Part shown: positions 1-10,275 of the stretch, piece after piece
Layout: each line of letters opens with the position of its first letter
Numbering within the stretch: position 1 is the first letter of the stretch
Assembly (NCBI GenBank): GCA_051294905.1
Contig: CM119384.1
Location: 6,014,001 to 6,078,000, forward strand
Origin: Botryllus schlosseri
Taxonomy: Eukaryota
Length of the DNA: 64,000 nt
Direction: 5' to 3'
Position numbers and translations under genes: made by a program
Notes under the pieces: model-generated
Database searches by the model: none
What the model saw: the letters and a program-made list of their open reading frames with translations, nothing else
What the model was told of the DNA's origin: nothing

Positions 1-1052
1 ATACTGAAAATCGCTTCATCCCGTGTGTTCGATGTTTGATAAATAGGTGAGTGATCGGCAGTAAGATCGTTGATGTTTCTCTCTGTGACGGCGAGATCAA
101 GGTGGCGAAGGTCAGGCTGATGAATTTCATTACAACTTTCATCGCTTCTTTCACGATCCTTATGTCGATTTATGGAACGTAGACCATTCACCAGGCCTGG
201 AGTACTGTCACATCGCTTCATCGATGTATCGTGCTGGCATGGAACGTCAAGTTCTGTATGGTACACTCCCAGTGACCGACCCAAGTGAAGCTTGGTCCTT
301 TCATTAGATAACACTCTCTGTTCTGTTCTTGTTTTTTGTTTGCTATCCAATTCAGCTTGAACGTGGTCATTGAAATGCTTCAACTGTTTGGAATCATACC
401 TTATAAACGTTAACCCGAGGAAATATATCATGCAGAGCAATATGGGCCATGATATGGTATGAATGACAGCGTTAGAATCGACTACCAACGTTTTAACGAC
501 TTCGCTAGGATTATTAGGGTTAAAGTAACACGAGTATGACATATTCACAATTCCATTAACAGAAATAAATTGTTCGATACATTGCATTGGGTCATAATTA
601 TCCCTCCAAGATTCGCAAAACTCTTGTGCTCCATGACGTAGACCGTGTTTACCGAAAGTGTAGGAGCACTGATCACATGTTACTAAAGCTTGCTCGTTTT
701 CCATTATTATGCTTCGTTGATGTGAAGTCGCATCTGAAATGCCATACATGACTCCAATCTTCAAGCATGGACGAAACAGGTCGGTCCCATCGCTACATCC
801 CCACCACTTCCCAGTCTCGATAGAATATTCCGTCACATGACAAGTTGTTCTTGTAAAATCCTTAGTAAGAAAATAAGGCCTCACGACATAAATAATGCCA
901 GTAATGAATATCAGTACACATGATAATATTAATGGAACGGCAAACATCAACAGCGTTCGCAAGACATTTGCAGCCGAGTGGCGTAGTTTCTCTCTTTTTG
1001 GCATTAGTTGCATGTTGATAGTCGCTCTCTGTACATTGCTCAACTGTTCCAT
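1..1052 (-). CDS. KCNMB (BK channel beta subunit)/TipE-like two-transmembrane protein, 3'-truncated by the window edge
   Basis: Manual translation gives a stop-free frame from ATG 1052 to base 1 (350 codons). It is absent from the ORF track because it has no stop in the window. TM1 LLMFAVPLILSCVLIFITGIIYVV; loop with 8 Cys (RPYFLTKDFTRTTCHV..., RPCLKIGV, IMENEQALVTCDQCSY, YSCYFNPNNPSEVV); TM2 AVIHTISWPILLCMIYFLGLTFI. These motifs parallel KCNMB (YPCLQVxV, CSYIP, FxCY, HCLFWP). An acceptor-like AG (1081-1080) lies 27 nt upstream and is in frame. Confidence 0.8.
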   Translation of the reverse strand, partial: MEQLSNVQRATINMQLMPKREKLRHSAANVLRTLLMFAVPLILSCVLIFITGIIYVVRPYFLTKDFTRTTCHVTEYSIETGKWWGCSDGTDLFRPCLKIGVMYGISDATSHQRSIIMENEQALVTCDQCSYTFGKHGLRHGAQEFCESWRDNYDPMQCIEQFISVNGIVNMSYSCYFNPNNPSEVVKTLVVDSNAVIHTISWPILLCMIYFLGLTFIRYDSKQLKHFNDHVQAELDSKQKTRTEQRVLSNERTKLHLGRSLGVYHTELDVPCQHDTSMKRCDSTPGLVNGLRSINRHKDRERSDESCNEIHQPDLRHLDLAVTERNINDLTADHSPIYQTSNTRDEAIFS

Positions 1053-1817
1053 AATTGTTGTCCGTTCAGCAAATGAAATCTAAACCCATAACTAAAGCGA
1101 ATGCAGACCCGCGTCAGTCGCAACATCAATCAGCTGTGAGCTCGCTGCACTCCTGCACAGTCGAATGAGTTCAGTAACCTGTGACGCGCGCATTCATTGT
1201 GACGTAGCATATAACAGCAATACATTAGCATTAGACACAATCTGAACGATTTCCCTATATTATATGTTCTTAATACGAAAAGTGAATGAAAGCAGCTGTA
1301 CCCTCTCTGGTGAAACTCGTCTTTTCTCCGACCACCCCCACCTTTCAATCATTCACATTCTAAAATTTAATTCGGTCAAAAACTTCAGTAAGGATCTTTC
1401 AGATAGTGCGGGTGCCTTGAAGTGAGGGCACTGGTCAGAAGGATGATGTTGTTGTAACTTATAATGGACAGCTCTCACTCCGGGCATCGGTGAGCCAGCG
1501 ACACTACGGCACATCTCCGAGATCAACTGAATTCGACATTGCCCTGCGACCCATTTCAATGGAAATACGGAACGTGTAATGCTAGTCACGAGCATTGGAC
1601 CAAGGAGCTACCATCTCCTCTCCCGACGTTCTACTTCTCCAAATCTCATATTTACACGTGAATACTAACCGCAACTGTACAAGTGTAGAAATTACCCAAT
1701 TGCCACTAAACATGAACAACTACATCACACTACCCCAAGCACTACTCACTGTCTACTGTAGATATTTGCATGTTCACGAACAGAAAACCACACCAGGATA
1801 GAGCTGTACAAAAATTC

Positions 1818-1823
1818 TTTATT
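1818..1823 (-). terminator. Candidate polyadenylation signal (AATAAA) of beta-catenin
   Basis: tttatt on + strand (AATAAA on -), about 800 nt downstream of the CTNNB1 stop and upstream of the next gene. Confidence 0.5.
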
Positions 1824-2229
1824 AACTTGCGACAAAACTGAATATTTCATTCGTCCTTCAGATGATTTCAATACTTCAAACGAAGTCAAGAGCTAAAAGA
1901 ATTGCCAAAAAAGAGAACATTACATGCCTCAGCACTGAAAACGTACCATCAAGCCAATCATAAAATGGGTAAAACGAAATAGTACCAGATCCAACAAGCA
2001 TTTCCTCAATTAAAATAGCACCGTTCATGCAAGATTTACAGAATCAAACATCCATTTAGTATATGAAGGGTGTGCAAAACCAAGCGAGCACTCACAATAT
2101 CTTCACGGTAAGACTTGATAATAGAAAACAATACAGTTAAAAATAGGTCATAATCAGACATCGGAATCTTGAAAAACATGATTCCAGAATGAATAATGAT
2201 TCCATTGGCAATGTAACGACGCTTCCAGC

Positions 2230-2614
2230 CTGTAATAAAAGTAGATTGGTAAAATTGAGTGGAAATTGGTAGTAATTAACACAGATAGTAATTACATTCG
2301 CTAGCTAAATACAGTGACCGAGAACTTTCACATGTAATGATCTATACGAATTCCTGTTTTTATGATAGTATGGATTGGTTTGTTACTTTCAAAATTTTGA
2401 ATTAGCTATTTGACAAGCTTACAGTGAATATCTGGAGGATTTATAAAATTCTTCCAAGTGCTATAAGATAACCTTCAACTACAATATAGATAAAGGGAAC
2501 ACAATGGACAATATCGCCTCGGCCATTACAATTTTAGCTATTATCAAATCGTTGATTACAGTTTTACAAATTGCATCTTATCCCTATCGTATTTATAATG
2601 GAGTATTATCATAC
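2230..2614 (-). other. Putative 385-nt intron in the beta-catenin 3' UTR
   Basis: Donor TACGG|GTATGA starts 5 nt after the TAA stop; acceptor CTACTTTTATTACAG|G at 2231-2230. Confidence 0.5.
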
Positions 2615-2619
2615 CCGTA

Positions 2620-5600
2620 TTACAAGTCGGTATCATTCGACATCCATTCCAGGTCCGGCGGGCCTTGGCCATCCTGCATAGGGACGTCCAGATTTACATC
2701 ACCCAAATCTGGCAGGCCCTGATCCATCGGTGCGCCATATCCTTGGTGTCCGTAATCCATGTGATGCCCTTGAGGCGGATAACCTAAGAACAAGCGCACT
2801 TGTCAATGGAAAGTCGAAATCCACTTCAATGTATTGAATCGAACCGGAATGCTGCGAGCTGTGAACTGAACCGACGGAGCTGTGATGGGACAAGGGCATC
2901 GAGTAGCCGTCCATCGCCATTCCACCAGATCCCATCAAGTCAGTCTAGGGTTGAAGAGATTAATATTAGTTTCACATCTTAGTGTTTAGAAAACATTCCT
3001 ATCTTAATATTCAGAATTAAAGATCAACAGAAAATTGTTTTAAACCAAGTCTTTTGGTAGTGGGGACAAGCTATTGTTTGAATTACCGGATATCCATCGT
3101 CCCTCAGCAAGGAGCTGGAGAGTTCGACCGATAACCTTTTTTTGTAGTCATTCGATTTGTCTTCAGACATCCGAATCAAAGCCGCTGCCGCGTATGCCAC
3201 TGAAAAAAAAAACAATGTTAGAGTTAGCAGAAGATAGGTTCAAATGAAACACAAACACAATCCCCATACTTACCGACACCCTCATTTTTCGAGTGTAGAA
3301 GTTCAGTCAGCGGTGACATGGCACCTTCGTTTTCGATCATGTTCGCTGCGTTCTTATCCTGAGCAAGCTCGCACAGTACACCGGCAGCCACACGTTGGAT
3401 ATTTTCGATCTGAAAACGGATGGAGGTTAACACCATCACCAAAGTTTGGATCCAAGGATCGCTTTACTTACCGGAGAGTACAGGAGCTGCACAAACAAGG
3501 GAATGGTGTTCAACCCGCAGATCACGGCCCTGCTGTGAGCTTCGCGACAAAGTATGTGCAGAGCCCCGGTCGTGCCTTCCACAATTTCCTCCATACGGAC
3601 TCCCTCCTAAAATTACACCGCACACATAGTATTGCTACACATCATCTGCTATATCCGTAACCGTCTTACAACAAAAGTGGGTTGCTGCTGGCTGAGGCTA
3701 GAGCTCACGCTGTTTCTTCTCTGCGAGTCTTGATGAGCGCGCATCAGCAGCTGAACGAGTCTCGGAATGGCGCCGTGCTCTCTCAGCGGAGCGTGATTGG
3801 CCGTGCACAAGGCCAGGTTGCGAATCAACCCGACGACCGCCTGAGATGGAGCACACATATCAGGAGAGTACTTTTGGATAAAATTTATTCAAGTTACCTT
3901 TATGAGAGGCCATCTTGATGGCGGATGGAGGAGTTTGACCAAGACCGGCAACCCGTAGTGCAGACGCACTGCATTCTGTGCCATCTCGGCGTCGGGATGA
4001 CGGGAGGTCAGGTGCCTGAGAGCACAAACCGCTGGCTCGGTAATGTCCTGCCTTTCCCCGGCTTGAAGTACCGTACGCACCAATGCCTCTATTCCACCGA
4101 CCTGTGTAGAAATACTAGTGACTTTCCGTTCAAATTTAGATTAATTTAAAACTCTCACAAACCTGGCACACATGAGTTTTGTTGCTCATGTTGTTGCAAG
4201 TCAGATTGCTGAGAATTCCAGCGGCACAGGTGACGATGTTAATATCGTTTGAAGACAGGAGCTAAATGCAGCATGGAGAACCGGCGATAAAAATCAAGAT
4301 ACAACGTGCAGTGTTATTGCGACATTACCTGAACCAGAACTTGCAGCAGGTTCTCAGTTTGGTCCTGTTTGGTGCCGGCGTCGGACAGATTTCTGAGAGT
4401 CCAAAGGCAGTTCTGCACCAGACGCTGAGACCCGTGTCTCAGGTGATTTCCCAAAACCTGCATCCCGCCTGAGAATTGCAAACAATCAGTATATTCCGAT
4501 GCATGGATGTCGCATAATATCCTGCAAGTTTTCAAAGCCACATCCACAATTTTCATATGTCTCTATTACAGGCTACTGGTAAAAACACACTAATGACAAA
4601 CAAGATGTTTTCAACCTACCAGCTTCGACAATAGCAGGCTTGTTAGTCTGGCAAACAGACAGCACTTTCAAGACACGGCTGGTCGTCCAAAGAAGCTTTT
4701 CATAGTTGTACTGTCTCATGATCCGAACCAGTTCCTGTGGCCCACCACTAGCTAGTATGATCAGCTGTAATAAATGATATTTTATATACAACGTTCGCTT
4801 TAAAAAATACAAATAAAGTACCTTGCTTTCTTGGTTGCCATAAGCAAGGATTTGCAAGCAGTCGGTGTCGATGGCCAGAAATTTCACGTTGTCTTTAGCC
4901 AATAACGCAACCATTTTCTGCAGTCCACCAGCCAAACGTACAGCCATCTTCGAGCCTTCTTGGTGAAGCAAAAGATTGTGCAGCGTGGTGATAGCGTAGA
5001 ACACCACGGACTCGATGGGGGAGCTGGAAAAAGGTATGATGAGTATAATGCAGTGAAGTCATAAAATATCTCTTTTCATATACCTCAACATTTTGACAAG
5101 TGCCGGAATGCCACCAGACTTGAAAATGGACAACAATCCTTGACGGTGATGAGAAAGATTATGAAGAGCCCCAGTGCAGAACCTTTGTGTTTCTGGGTCG
5201 TTAGAGTTCTACAGACGAATTGACATTCATAGACACAAAAATAGCCGTTGTTTTAATATAGGATCATACCTGCATGGCTCTAACAAGGGCCGAGATCATG
5301 CCTGGGTTGTTCATGATCGCCTGTCTGCTGGCTACTTTCTTGGACAGCATGTGAACCATCTGCGCAGCTTGTTGTACAACCACTTGATCTTCATCGTTTA
5401 GAAGAGTGGTCAATTCAGGAATTGCCTTTGTCGCAAGATCGGCATCATCCTATTTCCAACAGAAAAGACGTATTTCAACAGTTGTCCCCTGACTTGAAAG
5501 GAAGGCTCTAAACAAACCTGATAGTTGATCAGGTTGACTACTGCATGCTTGAGCATTTGTGAGGGCTCTGCCAATCTTTGAACAGCGGTGGGGTTGTTGG

Positions 5601-6732
5601 GATCATACTGAGTGCTGGGAATCTGATGCATAGCACCGTCTTCCATGCTGGTTTCAGGAAAGAGCACATCCCGAACACGCTCAGCCCTGGTCCTTGTATA
5701 TTGTTCACTGAGATCTGCGAGAAGAGGCTTAGATGTAATACTGGCAAAGATAAAGGTTACGTGTCTTTACATCCCATTAACTGAAGTAATATAAAGCAAT
5801 GGAGAAAAAAAATGAACAACTGCACTGCTAGAAAAGTAAACTAGTTCCTATATAGTTTAAAAGATGGTTATGAATATCAAATAATTAGGTCAACATTGAA
5901 TTGTGCCACGGTGGATACAAGGGGTAAAATGGGGAAGTCTAGATTTGGTGTTTGTACTCTCTTTGTTTTGATAAGAAAACATGGAGGTTTATGAGTCAAA
6001 ATGTCATGTAACAGCCTCCGTAGTCACTAGCTTATTATATGACTTTGAGAAAATTACACTGGTAGGCCAGGCCGACTCATTTTATTCCAGTAAGATTCAT
6101 TCAGGTAGAAACATATCAAGAACCGATAAAAAAAAACCACTGATTCATTGATGGGGAAAGCTTGAAAATCCGACGGACTATACATAGATCATGTGATTTG
6201 TGTAATACTTGCATAAATCATACTAGTCCCAACTAAAAGAAATGAATAGGCTATTCAGTTCGTAATGTATCTATATGAACTAACTACAAGTAGGTATGCA
6301 ACAAGTTCCAGCAAGTACTGTCGCTGACGAGTTGTTTCATGATAAAGATGCAGCTTGATTAACAGTATAAATAATGAGGGAATGACAAATACATCCAGAT
6401 ATCCACATCAGCAATACGGAGTAGGCCTAATATGTATAACCAGTTGCACATCAGAAAGCAAAATATCTTGGTTGTTGAAAATATGTATAAATCTGCAAGA
6501 ATCCGTGTTAGAATGACTTACGTCCAGCTTCATCCATTGTGAGTTCTCTCGGCCATTCTTGCAAAACACGCTCAGTGTCCGGGTAATCCTCTACTGTGCC
6601 AGTGACAGATGGGTTTGCCGTCGTGGCACCAGACTGGATCCCAGAATCCCAACCCCCTTGCTGCCATTGTGACATCTGAGATTTCGGGTCTGCCATGGGA
6701 ATTTCACCCGGGCTCATCATCATTTCAGCCAT
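2620..6732 (-). CDS. CTNNB1: beta-catenin (armadillo), 773 aa, 15 coding exons
   Basis: Exons, all GT-AG and phase-consistent: 6732-6522, 5714-5518, 5449-5270, 5208-5084, 5023-4822, 4764-4620, 4468-4329, 4261-4163, 4101-3898, 3840-3670, 3606-3472, 3409-3274, 3199-3087, 2944-2845, 2783-2620 (2322 nt). Intact phosphodegron [41 protein letters not shown] repeats, [10 protein letters not shown]-terminus NDTDL*. Confidence 0.99.
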
Positions 6733-7770
6733 GGCTGGTATCAATACTTTTCACTTTTAAGAACGTTTATCAATATAATCAGAGTAACTTTGCTGTTCGA
6801 AATAATCGTCGGGTTAGTCAAGCAAAACCCCTCGAGAAAAATATTCTACAAATGCTATACCGTACCAGAAGGTTATTTTGTAAGTCACCATAAGTCATAT
6901 CAGGCTTCGATACACAGACCAAGATAAGTTCTGACAGCTAATACTGATAAGGATCAGGTGACTGTGCAGTGTGAACTGTGCAGTCACAACCACTTGGTTG
7001 GGCCATTGGGGAGGTACATTTACCATATATTATATAATGACGAACACATTCGAGTACCATGATTCATCAATAAACTAGTACAAATACATATAAACGTCAT
7101 TAAAAATACCTAGATTCCACACAAACAAAACATTGAGCAATAGTTGCAAGTGTCAGAACATAAGATTAAAGATCGATTACTATATAGTATGTGTGTTGCA
7201 CAGAAATATCTCGTTGGTATTTTTTCTTCATCAAGACATGCAATATGGTTAGAGTACAACAAATTTGTTGAAAATTGACATAGAAAAGATGTACCAGTGT
7301 GTATTAGCTCTCACGCAAGTTTCACAAAATCTCTATTCAGACGATTGGTCATACACTCATACAACTCCGATGCAAAGCTACTCGAGGTTTGATGTATATA
7401 TAGTTATCGATAACTGTGGTGGATGGTGCCAATGCCAGTAATAATTCCATATAATGACAGAACAGAACTCACCATACAATTACGTAAGCTATACATAATT
7501 GCCAATTGGAGTTCGTAATAATATATGATTCAAACATGAGGAATGATTAATGATTATCGATAACTATTGATAAGATCAAAAACAAATCAGCATATTTCAT
7601 AATTTTTGAACTAGAGAACCTATCCTACTGCCCGACTGGATTCGCTGACCGTTTTGCCTGATATAAGAGGGGAGCTGCGATGATTCTTCAAGTTACAGCT
7701 CACAGTGAATTGTCCGAGCACATGACACCGATTCCAAACAGGTGCTACTGTATCATTTTGAGTAATCCAA

Positions 7771-8053
7771 TCAGTCAGTCAGGTTTATTAATATTTTTAT
7801 CGTTTCAAAACATCACAAGACTGCGATACAATGAAAAGATAGGAAGGTGTCGAAACAACTTGGAGTAGCCATTAAGATCAGACACCCACCTTAGCCTAGG
7901 CAAAGTAAATAAGAGGCATGCACACTGAATGAAAAGTAATGCAGAGATTATAAGACGCAAGCGACAAAATGGGGTGGCATGTGGCGGAGGGCGAGGTCGA
8001 TGTTAGGTCGTGGTCCGGTAATCCTGAAGACTGGCTAGTATTGATTTAGAAGA
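7771..8053 (-). mobile_element. 5'-truncated 3' end of an L2/Crack-type LINE with (TGAC)n tail
   Basis: Near-identical reverse complement of 9700-9979 (I counted about 4 mismatches in about 280 bp); ends AATAAACC(TGAC)n. Confidence 0.75.
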
Positions 8054-8571
8054 TCTAATTGTAACAGTGCAAAACACAGTCCGAACTCAATTTCATAACA
8101 TCGTGCAGTAAAACACTTTCTAGCGAATTAATGTGACAAGGGTGCCTTTCATTCAGTGATATACGAAGTGACACTCACAGTTTACAAGAATATATGACCT
8201 GTAGGCAAGGAAGTCACCAACAGGCTAAAAATTATGGTTCGTAAAGACTAGGCAACATGATTATTACAGACATCAACCAGATCATTGGTGTTCGAGCCAA
8301 AATAATTTAACAAGTCACAGAGAACAATTTAACTAACTTTTATCCAGTAATATTACTCTTATAATATAAGAACACTTTTATCTCACTCGTGATGTACAGT
8401 ACAAATTAATCGAATTCCAGAGATCAATATACTCACACTAATCAAGAGATATCCGCATGATAAATACGTGTAAGCCCTGCATACTGATATTAAAATTTCA
8501 ACTGTGTTCGCAGTAACCCGACTATCGCTTCAAAAACCGTAGAAAACAAAACAAACCTCGCCCAACCTTAC

Positions 8572-8900
8572 GACCGACGCCAGCCATTCTACCCGAAAGC
8601 TGAATAGCGAATCGACGACTACGTAACTTCCTGCGGAGGAATCGCTGACTGGCGAGTGCGTGTGCGCGAGCGACACCCACGCATTCACGGCACACACAAA
8701 ATCTCAAACAACAGTTTCAAAAGCGTCGAATCTCAAGTATGAACAAAGACTCATGCTTGACTGCGCGACGACTGAGAAGTTTTTGAGTTGAACGCCTGAG
8801 TCATCGAAGACCAGACACTTGACAGTGGTAATTTGTTAGCGATATCCTCATGTATTATGAGGCGCGATCCTGACACCCGTCTAACGCGCTATCCTTAATG
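8572..8900 (-). promoter_or_regulatory. Candidate non-coding first exon and promoter of beta-catenin
   Basis: Locally CpG-rich segment ending in a donor TC|GTAAGG at 8571. The coding exon has an acceptor 2 nt before the ATG (6736-6735), so an upstream exon or spliced leader is required. The TSS cannot be determined from sequence. Confidence 0.45.
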
Positions 8901-9639
8901 CAATGTAGCTCGACTGGCTATCGGAAGATGTCCTGCGTCACAACGGATACTGGGTATAATAAGCCTGTCATTAGGGCGTCGCCCACCACTCCTGCTATTA
9001 TCATTATTTGATAGTGGATTCCTTGAGTGTCGCACGAGCGGACGTATGTGCCTTTTCGTCGCGTCGCTTCGGGGCTATGCTCCCGAAATAGTCGCGAAAA
9101 TTCGTCACTTGAAATTCTCAATTTCGTCATGCCGTTTTTACTTGTTTTTCATAGTATTGCAGTCTTCCGATGCTTCAAAATCGCTGAGACGGGTCGACTG
9201 ATCACTTCTATGGACCGGTAAATGATGCCATACAGTAGGCAAAAAGGCTTCGTCGAAGCGGCAGGCCCACAAACAATTCATGAGCGCACGTATTGAACAT
9301 GTAGCGGACCTAGGGCTGTCGTCATTTGTCGAGCTATTGCCTCGGATACCAGATTCCACCACCCTCCGTCGACAATTTCGTCATTGAGGAGAATGACTAA
9401 ATGAGGAGAAACTTCCATTCTGAAACGGACTAATACCATACATGGTAGTGCTGAGGCGAAGGTGACAAATCTCGAGTAACACGTTAGAATTTAGATCTGT
9501 GCACTGCGCCTATCAGAATACATCTTGGCACCGGCACGACATGAGACCGTGAATCATATAAATTGCCACTAACCGCAAACAAACTAATTGAATCCATGTG
9601 GAGTATAGGCCTAAACTGACCGATTCGTTCTTCTCAACA

Positions 9640-9979
9640 CCGGCTATCCGACAGTCGTCGAGCATGTCCGCATTCAAGTCGAAATACAAGCAATTTCTTC
9701 TAAATCAATACTAGCCAGTCTTCAGGATTACCGGACCACGACCTAACATCGACCTCGCCCTCTGCCACATGCCACCCCATTTTGTCGCTTGCGTCTTATA
9801 TTCTCTGCATTACTTTTCATTCAGTGTGCATGCCTCTTATTTACTTCGCCTAGGCTAAGGTGGGTGTCTGATCTTAATGGCTACTCCAAGTTGTTTCGAC
9901 ACCTTCCTATCTTTTCATTGTATCGCAGTCTTGTGATGTTTTGAAACGATGAAAATATTAATAAACCTGACTGACTGAC
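9640..9979 (+). mobile_element. 3' end of an L2/Crack-type LINE (ORF2 C-terminus, 3' UTR, (TGAC)n tail)
   Basis: Translates PAIRQSSSMSAFKSKYKQFLLNQY*, matching the CR1/L2-group ORF2 ending (LPxxIRxSxSLxxFKxKLKxxLL). Followed by a 3' UTR and AATAAACCTGACTGACTGAC. Confidence 0.8.
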
Positions 9980-10275
9980 AAACTAACACGTTCTTCATAT
10001 ACCACATTCACTTCGTTCCAATGATGAAACTCAACAGCTCTGTGAGTTCTGATTGGCTAAGGAGTGTGCACTACTACATTGAGTGCCACACACATAACTC
10101 GAATTTCTCAGCATTTAATCTGACAAGAAACAGTGTTTGAATCTAATTCAAAAGTAAGATAGCGAAACTTCTGCATTTGTAGGCTATGGTATATTCTAAA
10201 AACTTTTAAAAGTGCATAAGGATGTAAAAATATTTCGTATAAATTTATAGAAACTGGACGCTTAAACCCAGTGAA

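Noticed and set aside
7467-7475. ATG|GTGAGT on the minus strand as a possible first coding micro-exon of beta-catenin
   Set aside because: No convincing acceptor upstream. Splicing to 6734 would put this ATG out of frame with the main ATG (2 intervening nt).
8741-8748. TCF/LEF-like AACAAAG site near the beta-catenin promoter (autoregulation)
   Set aside because: A 7-mer is expected by chance every few kb in AT-rich DNA; there is no clustering.
8918-9400. Short ORFs and a repeated CAATTTCGTCAT between CCDC57 and beta-catenin
   Set aside because: No recognisable protein motif in any frame; CCDC57 already terminates at 10276.
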